A DNA stretch of 64,000 nucleotides, from assembly GCF_036588685.1 (NCBI RefSeq), contig NC_086379.1:71486001-71550000 (forward strand). Reading direction: 5' to 3'. Made by a program: the position numbers and the translations under genes. Of this stretch, positions 27,609-40,600 are shown piece after piece. Each line of letters begins with the position of its first letter. The stretch's first letter is position 1. The notes under the pieces are model-generated. The model worked only from the letters and a program-made list of their open reading frames with translations. It made no database searches and was not told the DNA's origin. The DNA comes from Mytilus trossulus. Taxonomy: Eukaryota.

Positions 27609-29576
27609 TTTTTTTGGCCATGACTATTCAATGTAATGTTTCCTGTTTCGATCTGTTATTTATTGACAAAAAGTAAAATCACAAAAGTACTGAACTCAAT
27701 TCAAAACGGAAAGTCCCTAAACAAATGTCAAAATCAAAAGTACAAAAACATCAAACGAATGAAAAGCAACTGTCATATTCCTGACCTGTTACAGGCATTT
27801 TCTTATGAAGAAAATGTTGGATTAAACTTGGTTTTATAGTGCTAAACCGCTTAGTTGCACGACAGTCGCATCAAATTCCCTAATATTGAAAACGAAACCC
27901 ATATTATTTTTTTTCCAATGAGACAGCAAAATGTTCTTTACGAAAGAAAAAAAGGAAATCACAATCACTAAGTGGATGAAACCCATAATTCTATTATGTT
28001 GGCTTATGACCATAAGTGAAGACAAAACTGCACGGACAGTTTAGTACATATAAATGCGCATAGAAATATTAAATCTTTTCAATAATTTTAAAATAAGGAA
28101 GTGAGGTATGATTGTCAGGCAATAATTTTCCAACAGAGAACAAATAACATATATGCTAGCAAGTATATATAGTAACCATGTGACATGAAACAATTCGAAA
28201 ATGCATAGGCCTGACTCATTCTCCCCATTCAGGAGAAAACAATAGTACATAAAGTTAAAATTGTAAAAAAATATAATCAAAAGGCTAGACTCATCTGATA
28301 AAGTACTCATTTCGTACATTATAAAAATACTGATTGGCTCCTTACTTTCCTGTAACGAGTTTATGTTTAATAATCTACCCTCTTTTCATATCGTTGACCA
28401 TAAATAAATCTGTATAACTTTTATAGATAATGATTCGGTATTCTAAGTTTATGACTAAGCGTGATAATTGCAAAGGAAGTCACATTTGTTGTACTTTTTT
28501 GTAATTTCCTATTATTACTTTAAAGTCCAATAAATGTTCGTGCTATACATATGATATGTGTACTTTGAAATTCGTGTAAACAGTGTCCCTTGACTGATTT
28601 TGTTTATGCTATTTACCTATAAGAAACAATATGAGGGATGGTCAGAAGTTTTATTTTTTATTCGGTTTTATTCTTATTTTCCATCTTAATATTTCCATAA
28701 TAATAGCATTCAGTGAGTTACATTGTAATACTTAATCTAATTATAAGTACTTCAAGTCATTTATCATAATAGCTAAATGTAATTCGAAATTATCAATGCT
28801 TGCATCAATTAAGTTGTCATTCAAAATTATGTCCATTAAAGAAAACTAAAAACAACTTAAGAACGTTTGTTTTTTTACTGAAATTCAATACACCATTTTT
28901 TTTTTCATTTTTAACCTCTTTTTATTCAGGAAAAATGGGCATTTTAAACGGTGAAGTTTGACTGACAGCAACTGTGCAATAGCTTCGGCGCCGCTCAAAT
29001 AAATTAAATGCTTTTCAAATTGAAAGATTTAAAAATCGCGATGAATTTGAATTCATGTTTTAAGACTTTTCCCGTTCACGAGTTACGCTTTTGATAGATT
29101 AAAAACGACAATCATATTATTTCTGTGGACAACATATGGATGTTTCAGCTGTTCGTTCGGCCAATGTTTTTTAAACATTTTATGTTGTAACTGGTGACAA
29201 AATGGATGTTAGATATTTGCTAGTTTTACCATTACCGTGTCGGACCTATATTGATAGACTGTAAAATAGGCAAAGAACGTGACAGACATGAACGCACCAT
29301 ACATTTATATGATACAGCAATGTCATTCCCATTTATCTATCTTCTTTGAAAGACCACTAATTATTAATTTCAAAACACAGAAAACCCGATTTGGTGTCAA
29401 TTTTATATCAAGACTTAACAATTTATATGGATTGAAAGCTCACGGCTTAACGGCTATTTAAGTTCATGAATGTATCTCTGTATTTAAAGCTAGTTTTTTT
29501 AAACAAAATCGATGAATACAAAGTTTCCAATATGAAGCTTTCAATAAGTTTGAAATCATATTTAAAAATGTGTATT

Positions 29577-29940
29577 AATAAAATTAACGGTACCAATTTT
29601 CTTGCACCAGATGCGCATTTCGACAATACATGTCTCGTCAGTGATGCTCGTGGCCAAAAAAAATGAAATCCAAAGCTTATTTAAAAGATGAAGAGCTATA
29701 TTCCAAAAGGTCCAAAAGTATAGCCAAATCCGTGAAAGGAATCAGAGCTTTGCATGAGGGAGATACATTCCTTAATTTATAATAATTTATAATATTTTGT
29801 AACAGCAAATTTTAATAACACAAAAAAATTGTATTTTCATGCCAGTACCGAAGTACTAGCTACTGGGCTGGTGATACCCTCGGGGACTTATAGTCCACCA
29901 GCAGAGGCATCAACGCAGTGGTAGGAATAAAATTAACGGT
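29577..29940 (-). mobile_element. Complete retrozyme-like monomer (~349-nt unit plus 15-nt terminal redundancy)
   Basis: AATAAAATTAACGGT repeated at 29577 and 29926. Contains the hammerhead. Flanked by AAAAATGTGTATT and AAAAATCCGTATT (11/13 match). Absent from the paralogous sequence near 35780. Confidence 0.8.
29604..29647 (-). ncRNA. Minimal type I hammerhead ribozyme (second subfamily)
   Basis: Minus strand GCATCA-CTGACGA-GACA(tgtat)TGTC-GAAA-TGCGCA-TC-TGGTGC. Confidence 0.87.
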
Positions 29941-31329
29941 AAAAATCCGTATTGTTGAAATAAGTATTTATTATAAAAACATTTAAATGAGCATACTAAT
30001 AGGTTTTACTTTTTACTGTTTTTGTAAGTGATAGTTTTTACCCAAAGAGATTCAACGACTAATATATACCAATAATAATCTAGTTGAAAAAAGAAATAAT
30101 ACATTTAGTCAGATAGGTTCAATTCTGAAACCAAAGTTTATTATTTTTATACTTATATTACTTGATGAATTGAGACAATCATGTCAGACAATTGATCTTT
30201 TTCAACTTGTTCTTATTATGATGAGTTGTATTATATAGTTATCTTGGTTCCATTTATAGCAATTGAAGGCCTAAACAGCACAACCGTTTTATTGACGCCT
30301 ACGCAGTTTTTCACATCAATAGTTTTCCTACAGAATGAGCAAGTAATAGTTATCAAAGGTACCAGGATTATAATTTAGTATAAATAACAAGTAATCTTGT
30401 CGCAAGAAGTGTATTATTTTTCTTTTTACGTTTTTGTTTAAAATTGATAATACCTCATTAATAAATATATTATCATTTGTACGTCTACTTTTAATTGATG
30501 CTAACGATATTTGTATCGTCGTTAAATATCACAAACAAAGAAATGAAAATGACTCAGTTAATCAAATTAAAAGATCGAAACACCGAGAAAACCCAAAGAA
30601 CAGATTAGTTTCTCGACTTGTAATGAAAAATTATTAAAAGTTTAAGTATGAATAGTGACACTTTAAAAAACAATATGTATTCCATCTTAGTTATATTTCC
30701 AAATTATTGTAATAATTAAGTCCTATTGTCCGGTTCGTCCTCCTTTTTAAAATCATTTTTTATAAACACAATTTTCATTATTATAAATTAAAGCAAACAG
30801 CTATTCAAATATGTGTCACCTAGGCCACCGGTTTGGAAACATTCAAGTAACGATTGAATTTTTAATAATAGGGAAGACAAACTGTAACGATACTAATCGT
30901 AAAGGTTTAAACTGTTGTATGAGAAAAAAAATATAAGCACGTGCAATACACACAAAACTACTTGTATACGACAATTGAGAAATATGCCATAACAAAATAT
31001 GAGAAAGAGGTTACTAAAACATTATGGTTTGGTTGATGTTTTAGAGGTCTCTCTTCAATACCACTTTTGATCCATATAGAATTCTAACGGTATAATCTAT
31101 AAAAAGGACTTTGATTAATCATTACACTTCGGATGGTTGTTTTAAATGAAACTATTTTGATTGAGTAGCATTCATTTAAAATGAAATAAAGAAAAAACAA
31201 GCATGACATTCGAGCTCTTTTATACATAGATTTACCTTAGCTGTATTTGGCTACACTTTTAGGAATTTTGGTTCTTAATGCTCTTCAACATCGTACTTTA
31301 TTTGGCCTTTTTAACTTTTTAGGATTCGA

Positions 31330-31371
31330 GCGTCACTGATGAGTCTTTTGTAGACGAAACGCGTCTGGCGT
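31330..31371 (+). ncRNA. Hammerhead ribozyme with shortened stem III (retrozyme fragment ~31225-31410)
   Basis: GCGTCA-CTGATGA-GTCT(tttgt)AGAC-GAAA-CGCG-TC-TGGCGT. Confidence 0.75.
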
Positions 31372-31479
31372 ATATACTAAATTTAGTCCTGGTATCTATG
31401 ATGAGTTAATTTATACAACAATCACTCATTTCTGCCTTTTAAGCAGATTGCGCGGGTTACTCTATGGTAATATTATAAG

Positions 31480-31821
31480 TTATATGGTTCGCCACTGACC
31501 CCATACGGATCCATAGAGGGTTAGTAAAATCCATAGGGGGTGAGGCCGGAAACCGAGTCTCTTATGAATTTTATTCACCCTCTATGGATCCGTAAGGGGT
31601 CAGTAGTTAACTGAATAACGAATTTATCGGACGCTGGACTTTTTCTGCGGCGTTTTGTTGAAAAATAAACAATGAAACACCACAAAATTAATAGATGACG
31701 TCGCCATTAACGCGTCACAAACTCCATATGAAACTTACTAACCCCATACGGTCTCATAGGGGTCACCACGTGACGGCGTTTAACCAATCACAACGTGATA
31801 ATTCATCTGTGGTCCGATAAA
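31480..31821. mobile_element. Bipartite palindromic non-autonomous element (possibly Crypton-type)
   Basis: Long hairpin 31494-31604 followed by a second inverted pair TTTATCGGAC/GTCCGATAAA (31623, 31812). Interrupts sequence paralogous to ~23840. Confidence 0.55.
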
Positions 31822-34800
31822 ATAAAATAACCTGTCGAAGAACTATTACAGCAAAATTGGAAGCAATAGGTTACACATGGAGCCAAGCCTTGTTCATGGC
31901 TAATGACTGAGAGAAGTGGAAGCAGTTTGGTGTGGCTGATTTTTTATGTCGCTTTTTAGTAATTTATATGCATTAATTGGTTTAGTCCAAAGAGTTAAGG
32001 AAGCATTGCTTTATATTCAGGGAAATGCCTGTTATAAAACCATATATGGTGAACATTTGTGGGGATTTAGTGTTTGTATGTTTATTCCTGTCAAATTCAT
32101 GAATTGGCACAATATATATATTGCAAAGTGGTACAACAACCCATAAGATAAGCAGATTTAGGCAGAAAATCTGAACTATGCTATTTTGAAATATGTTTGG
32201 AATTTTGGATAAATACCTGCATCTATTTAGTGTTTGTATGTTATTTCTTATAACAATTAACCCAGGTTTGTTTCACAGTTGAAAAAGTAAAATAACAAAA
32301 ATACTGAACTACGAGAAAAATTCAAAACGGAAAGTCCCTAATCAAATGGTAAAATCAAAGGATAAAACACATCAAAGAAATGTACAACAACTGTCAAATA
32401 ACTGACTTGGTACAGGTATTTTCTTATGTAGAAAATGGTGAATTTAATCTGGTTTTAATAATTTTAAACCTCTCAATTGTATGACAGTCGCACCACTCCA
32501 TTATATTGACAACAAATCCCATGTTGTTGTTTTTTCAATGAGACAGCAACATTTTCTAAACGAAAGAAAAAAAAGCATTCACTAATTGTAACCATCATAA
32601 GCCCACATAATTGAACTATACGTAAATTTTGGATGAAACATAATTCAGTTACATTGGCCTATATTAAACATAAACGAAGACCAAACTGCACGGACATGTT
32701 AGTATATGTAAATACAAAAATATGTTTGAGACGCATAGAAATTTTAAATCTTTTCAATGAGGTCAATATAAGGACAAGTGGTATGATAGTCAATGCGATA
32801 AGTTTCCACAAGATAAAAAAATCACATTCATGCTAGCAAATATATATAGTTACAGTGTGGTATGAATCAATTCAAACGAGAAATTAAAAGGCCTGCCTGA
32901 TTCACAGGCACTTATCTTTGATTATGTTTCTATACAACTGAAACTAACACTATTGAGGTATATAAGGGGACGATCAGAGACAACCGCATATGTGGATTAA
33001 TTATAAAACAATTGACATTTAGATGCTGACGATTTCTGATTTACAGGCACCAACAAAAAGGGGCGTGGCTAAACATGTAGGTGATGGCTCATTCCTCTCC
33101 GGAGACAACAGTAGTACATAAAGTTCAAACTGTAAAAACAGTAATCAAAAAGCTAGACTCATCTTATAAAGTACTCGTTTCGTACATTTTAAAAAAAGAC
33201 TGATTTGCTTCTTTCTTTCCTGTAAAGTGTTTATGTTTGTTTATCTACCTTCTTTTCATAGCATTGACCATAAACAAATCTGTATAACTGTTATAGATAA
33301 TTATACAGTATTCTAGGTTTATGATCAAGCGTGATAATTGCAAATGAAGTCATATTTATTGTACTTATTTAATCCTAATTATCAATGCTTAAATGATTTA
33401 AGTTGTCAGTCAAAATGATTTCCATTTAACAAACACTCAAAACAACTAAAGAACGCAATTGTTTTGCTGAAAGTCAATACACCATTATTTTTTTCATTAT
33501 TATTAACATGTTGTTCTGCAGGAAAAATGAGATTTTTTAATGGTGAAGTTTGAGTGACAGCAACTGTGCAATAACTTCAGCCACGCTTAAATAAATCAAA
33601 TGCTTTTCAAATTTAAAGAAGTGAAAATCGCGATGAAGTTTGAATACATGATTTTTACACTTTTGCTGTTCAAGAGTTATGTTTTTGATAGCTAGATTAA
33701 ACACGGCAATTAATATTGTTTCTGTGAACAACCTATGAACTGTTCAGTCAATGCTTTTTAAATCTTTCTATGTTGTAACTGTTGACAAGATTCACGTCAA
33801 ATATTTGCTAGTTTTACATTAACCGTTTCAAACATATCAAATAGACACAGGACGTGGCAGACATAACGGCGACATATATTATGCTACAGAAATGTCATTC
33901 CTACTAGCTGTCTTCTTCAAAAATTCGTCAAGGGTTTATACCTTCAACCCGGTTTGCTGTCAGTTTGACAGCTCATTCCTTGTCTTCTATGGAATATTTT
34001 CCAAAGAGTAAATTTTATATTAAAACTAGTGAAATTAATATGGTTTCGTAATTCACGTGTTCCGGCTAATTCAGATCAAGAATGCTTCTCTGCAAAAAAA
34101 AAAAGAAATAAATACAAAATGTTTAACATTTACTTTCTGTTAAATTTAAAATGATCACATATAAATCTGAAATAATTTTTCATCTAAAAAATAATAATGA
34201 CAGAAGCAGATGTTTTACTTTAAATCGTGTAGGTATGTATTTGACATTTATTACCAACAGAGATTTTATCACAAAGTAATATCCATTATAATTACATTGT
34301 AAAATACAAATAATGCATCCCATCAAATAAGTATAATTCTAAAATCATAATTTTATTCGTTGTTTCTTTATAAAATCAAATACCAGATTTTATATTTTTA
34401 TATTTCATAGTGATAAATAGTAAACTGAGACATTCATGTCAGTTAATCAACCTTTTTCAACTAGTATTATTATAGTTAGTTGTTTTTTATATTTATCTTG
34501 GTTCCAGTTGTTGTCAGTGGACACGACATCCACGTAACCGTTATTATTTACTCCTACGCATTGTCATACCGATGGTTTTCCTACAGAATGACTTAAACGT
34601 AATCAAAAGGTAATTTTGTCGCAAGAAGTGTATAATTTTTATGTTTAAGTTTAGAAGTTACAATACCACATAAATCGATATATTGTTGAAGATCTGACAA
34701 AACAACAGACGACAGAAAATAAAAGTGTAACGTCTGCGTCATTATGTCTCTAGGAAGGCTTATCGTATTGCCAATTATGCCTCTTCTTGTGTTTAAAATA

Positions 34801-36926
34801 ACGAGCAAGGAACCAGAGATCATTCTATAATTTAAAACTTAATATGTGTAAATACAATATTTTGATTTTGGCATTCCTGTAGAAATGGTATGGTGTCTAG
34901 TTTCGATTAACTTCGGAATCGAAGTTTGTGTAAAAAGCAGTTAAAAAATCTGAGTTCTAGAATCAGAATATTCTTACTGGTTCAAAGAGTAGTATAAGTA
35001 TTCTATAAACTTAAGTTTGCCGCCATATATTTTTTAATGTAAGTGACATGAAGTTGAAGTATCCATGATGTTCTAGTACTGTAATTACCCTTTACCATTA
35101 ATAACCAATAAAAAATAATATGTGATAATTTCAAGCATACAAAATCCAAAAAAAATAATAAACTAACACACAGTTTGAACATAAAAAACCCAATCAGACG
35201 GTTTAAATAAAATGGAAGATTTATCGCCTTCAAACTGACAAAACTTGGAATCAAACGAATCTGAAGAATAACTAACAGGCACCTGTCTATAACTTTAATT
35301 GATTAAATTTTGATACAGTACCATTCATTTAAATTGATGCGAAGAAGAATGGTAAGCTAACAGGGTCGAATATCTGTTTTATAATCATATTTAGTGAACA
35401 TACTCGGGGATTAAGCGTTGAAAGGTTATCTCTTATCACAGTTGACCAAGGATTAGCCCACAGAGCAAAGTAGTACAACAACTCAAAATCATATTTAGGC
35501 AGAAAATCTTTACTACAGTGTGTTATTTTTTTTCAAATTCTTGAAAAATACAACTGCCCTTAATTATAAAATGCCTACTCATGAATACATCATATACACA
35601 GGCAAAATTTTTTCAGTTTAGCATATTGTTAGAGATAACATTAGGCACACACTGTCTCTGTTATATTCACTGTAATGCCTCATCTTAAGTAGTGATATGT
35701 TTAGTTTTTAACTTTTTTTAAACAAAAAAGAATAATACAAAATATCCAATATAAAGCTTTCAATACATTTGAAATCACATGTAAAAATATATATTATAAA
35801 TTGTTGAAATAGTTATTTATCATAAGAATATAAAGGACAGAAGTAATTTTTTTGCTTTGTATTGTGTATGTAAGGATAGAGATTTAACAACAAAGTAATA
35901 TATACATATCTCTAATTCAATTGAAAATAAAAAATATTGCATCCCATCAAATAAGTTCAATTCTAAAACCATAAGTTTATTCTTTGTAAATATATCATAT
36001 ACTAGACCGAATAATCTGGTTCTTCGTGTTTATTTTTATTATTTTATATTTCCTATTTATCATTTGGATTTTTTTTTAACCGTGTCAAAAAAAAATATCA
36101 AAGGTCAAAATTAGTAAAATAAGATATAGGAAGGGTGAAATATGGACACAGGCGACAGAAAATTTGGTCTGATCATATATAATATGGTATCATTATATTG
36201 TCTCTTTGACACATTCATCATTTCCATTTTGCCGTAGACTCTAAACATATTGATTTAAAATCTACTATTTTTTTTAGCCCGTTATCTATTGGGTATACAA
36301 ACTTGAATATCTTAATTTGGATAGTTAGCAGATTAGTTGTTCACTGTTTGGTATTTAACATTTGTGTTGGTTATTTTGATCGGAACCTTGCTTTGGTCGT
36401 TTTGAAATACGACATTGAGGTTGCAGACGACAAAAAATAAACGAGAAATGAATCTTCGTAACAGCTATACATCCAATAAAAATGTGTGATTCAATTTTCT
36501 TGAAATTTTAAATTTTGGTCAACAGGTCAAAGTAATTACTTTATAAAAATATGTTAAAAATTAAACGAGCCAAATGAATTATTGCTGAATTGTGGGATAC
36601 TTCCCTAAGTAGGATTGTCAGTTTTCCTGCCGAGGGTGTGTGAGCCTCTTCAGGCTTCCATCATCGTTAACAATGGACAGCCTCGATGTATCCATTAGAA
36701 CGGAAAGAGCAAGCAGGCGTTAATCATCGACAATCAATTAGCCAATCAATTAACTACTCATACCTTTATCCGTAAAATTAAAATTGTTTATCCTTAAGTT
36801 GCTTTATAACTATAATCAAATAAATACAATTGAAAATGGAAATGGGGAATGTCTCAACGACCCGACCAACAAGAGCAGTAAAAAGTCCTATGTTCATAGC
36901 TTGGCAAGGGGATCAAAATTATTTTA

Positions 36927-37643
36927 ATGGTCGAACAATATAAATCTGACATGGCTGTCATTGCCGATGATATAACTTCATTGCATGTTGTTAACAGGAG
37001 TATGGTTGATCAGCTTGAACAACTACAATGTGAAAACTTGAGGGACAATTTGATGTTTTTTGGTATCGAGGAGAAGGAGGGCGAAGACTGTATTGATAGC
37101 ATTAGAAACATATGTGCTTTATCTCTGGAAATTCGAGAACCAATCGAAATAGCATCTGCCTTTAGGATGGGAAAGAAATTCATGAGCAAGTCGACTCGGA
37201 ATGTGCGTAAGCCGCGCCCCATAATTGTCAAATTTATAAAACGTCAACAAAGGGACACTGTACGTCAAAACTCTCGCAAATTAAAAGAGTCAACCATTTC
37301 AATTTCTGAACAATTTCCGAAAGCTATACATGAAAAACGCAAACTATTATTTCCTGTGTATAAAAAAGCAAAGGAGGCAGGTAAACGAGTTTCGTTTAAT
37401 AAAGATAAACTTTTTATTGATGGTGAGCAGACTGTTGTTAAATCTAACGAGCTAGTCAAAATTGCACGTCGTGATCAGTCAGGTGATAGAATGTCGGATA
37501 CAGCGTCGGGTCCAGGGTTTTCAGTGGCCGAAAAAACACCGAGCGTCTCAAGTATAAAACCTAGTAAATCTTCAGTGAGTAATGGCTCGTCTAGTGGATC
37601 TCGCTTTGAAGTGTTAGCAGATATGCACACAGGTACAGACTAG
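36927..37643 (+). CDS. LINE ORF1 (coiled coil plus RRM-like, Transposase_22-type)
   Basis: Motifs LRDNLMFFGIEE, AFRMGK, PRPIIVKF, ISISEQFP, RVSFNKDKLFIDG. Confidence 0.85.
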   Translation: MVEQYKSDMAVIADDITSLHVVNRSMVDQLEQLQCENLRDNLMFFGIEEKEGEDCIDSIRNICALSLEIREPIEIASAFRMGKKFMSKSTRNVRKPRPIIVKFIKRQQRDTVRQNSRKLKESTISISEQFPKAIHEKRKLLFPVYKKAKEAGKRVSFNKDKLFIDGEQTVVKSNELVKIARRDQSGDRMSDTASGPGFSVAEKTPSVSSIKPSKSSVSNGSSSGSRFEVLADMHTGTD

Positions 37644-37676
37644 GACACATCGAGAAGCATCTCCTTTATTAACTTT

Positions 37677-40600
37677 TTGTATTGGAACATTAATGGTGGT
37701 TTACATGATAAACTTAATGAGCCAAATTTTTTATCTTACATTAAAACATATGATATTGTTATTTTGTCTGAGTGTTGGATTGATAAGTCATTTGATGATA
37801 TTGTAGATGGTTATATTTGTAAGCCAGTCCCATTACTAAAAAGTAAATATAAACAAGGTGGTGGACTATATTTGTTAATAAAAAAATGTTTTGCAAAGTA
37901 TGTTGAAGTAGTTGATATTCAGAATGATACAATTATATGGCTCAAGGTTTCAAAGAATATATCAACTTGTGGGTTTGATTATTTTATTGGATGTGTGTAT
38001 TTGCCTCCTGCCTATTCAAATTATTATAAGATGTATAATTGTGATTTATTCTATGATTTGTTAAATTCTGTTGAAAAATATTCATCAGAAACGTCAAGAG
38101 TATTTTTACTAGGTGATATGAATGCAAGAACTGCTATAGTTAATGATTTTATAATAAATGACAATGTATGTGGCCCAATTTTTGATAGTTTCAACCATAT
38201 TTTTGGGTATTTAAGTGACACAAATCTACCAGTAAGAAGAAATCCAGATCAAAGTACTAATGAGTTTGGATTAAAATTGTTAAATCTGTGTAGAAGCACT
38301 GGTCTACGTATTTTGAACGGTCGGCATAAGGATGGCTTAGCTAATGACTATACATTTTGTGGTTCCCGGGGAATGAGTGTTGTAGACTACTTATTGGCTC
38401 CATATGACTTTTTACACATTATAGACCAGTTTATTGTTTGTAACTTCACTTCTTTTAGTGACCATGCGCCTTTACATGTTCGCTTGCGGTGCATATTGAA
38501 CGATTCACAAGAGCCTAAGCGTAACAGTGGTACGTCAAACAACTCATATGATAGTTACCGATGGAAGGAAGAGCTAAAAGATCAGTGTTATGAGTCTTTA
38601 ACTTTAAACAGTGGTTCACTTAGCCAGATAGTATTTTCTGATATTGAAAAATCCCAAGATGGTATTGACAATTACGTTGAATCGTTTACTTCTAATTTGA
38701 TGAACATTATTTCACCATTCTTTTGTAATTCACATAGTTCAAATAATATTTGTGACCGTACCCGTAGTAAAACGACCCGATATAAAGATGACAAACCATG
38801 GTTTAACTACGAGTGCAAAAGACTTCGATCTATCTATACTAGTTCTTTGTATACATTTAATAGAGACAAAAATGTTGAAAATCATCAAATATTAATTATG
38901 TCTAAAAGACAATACAAGCGTTTAGAAAATAAACTAAAACGAAAATATAAGCGTCAAGAGGGTGATATGATAGCTACATTGCGTAAAATCGACCCAAAGA
39001 AATATTATAAACTTTTTCAAAAGAAGAGAGCCAAAAATTCTGATGTGTCACTTTCTGAATTCTTCGAACATTTTAGAAATTTGGTCACAAATGATGGTAT
39101 TAATGTGACAGTCGAAACTCCAGAGACCGTTTCCGACACAACATATGATGAACTTGATCAAATTATTACACAAGATGAAATTTTGAAGTGTATTTCAAAC
39201 CTAAAACGTGGCAAAAGTCATGGTATTGATGGTACATTTAACGAGTTATTCATTGAATTTAAGGATATTCTGCTACCGTTCCTAGAGGAAATATTCAACA
39301 AGATATTAGCATCAGGACATTTTCCGAAATCTTGGGCACTCGCAGTGTTAATTCCTGTTTTTAAAAAAGGCGACTCGTCCGATCCATCGAACTATCGTGG
39401 AATCAGTTTAGTCAGTAATTTAGCGAAACTATTTACATCTATTATAAATTCAAGACTAATTAAATGGTCTGAGAATAATGATATTATTACAGATGCGCAA
39501 TTTGGATTTCGCCCGGGTAGCAGCACTGTTGATGCAATTTATTCTTTGTTGACACTCGTTCAGAAAGCACTTTTCAAGAAAAAACGTTTATATTGCTGTT
39601 TCGTTGACTACAAACAGGCATTTGACTCTGTAACCAGACTTAACTTATGGTTATAACTATCAAGAGTTGGTATAACAGGCAAATTACTTTCTGTTTTAAA
39701 ATCAATGTATTCTACAGTAAAAGTATGTGTGAAAGTTGATGGTTTTTATTCTGAGCAGTTTACAAGTTCAGTTGGTCTTATGCAAGGGGAAGTTCTTTCT
39801 CCTATACTTTTTTCGTTATATGTAAATGACTTTGAAATGGAATTTCTACGTAATAGTAATATACCATATGAAGTGCAAGACTTGTCATTATTTTTACTTA
39901 TGTATGCTGATGATATGATTTTATTTTCTGATTCAGTTATTGGCTTGCAAGATATGTTAGACACATTATTATTATATACTTGTAAATGGGGTTTGACTGT
40001 AAACATTGCCAAAACAAAAATTATGGTATTTAGAAACGGAGGTTTTGTAAAAGACGAAGAAATTTGGTATTATGATGGCAATGCTATTGACATAGTGGAT
40101 GAATTTTGTTACCTTGGTGTACTGTTAAATTTTAACGGTAAATTTGTTAAAGCTCAAAAACATTTAGCTGAGCAAAGTAGAAAAGCTGTTTTTGGTTTGA
40201 AGTCGAAGGTTTCGTCATTGTATTTGAATGTTTTTACATATTTGAATTTATTTGATACTTACATTAGCAGTATTTTATGTTATGGTTGTGAAATATGGGG
40301 CTTCCATAAAGCTCCAAATATTGAAAAAATACAACTTGATTGTTGCAAAAACATATTAGGTGTCAAACAATGTACAACAAATGTTATGGTTTATTTTGAA
40401 TTGGGTAGATATCCTTTGATATATTTTAGAATGTACAACATAGTGAAGTACTGGTTCAAATTATTATCCACAAGCAATTGTATTCTTAAAAACTGCTACA
40501 GGGAACAACTGTATAATTTCTGTAATATTAGAAGCAGTTGGATTTATCAACTACAACAATTATTATTTAACTTGGGTTTAAATGAGATCTGGTATAACCA

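Larger units (their letters stand above)
27660..34640. repeat. Old tandem segmental duplication (27660-30420 vs 32280-34640), part of a wider 21.5-36 kb paralogous array
   Basis: Many collinear shared blocks, e.g. 28020/32678, 28930/33520, 30240/34495, 30390/34610. Also 21550-22260 vs 34730-35290 and 23080-23280 vs 26900-27090. Confidence 0.8.

Noticed and set aside
37010-40012. Short antisense ORFs within the LINE (and 48108-48308 within gag)
   Set aside because: Shadow frames of real coding sequence with no motifs of their own.
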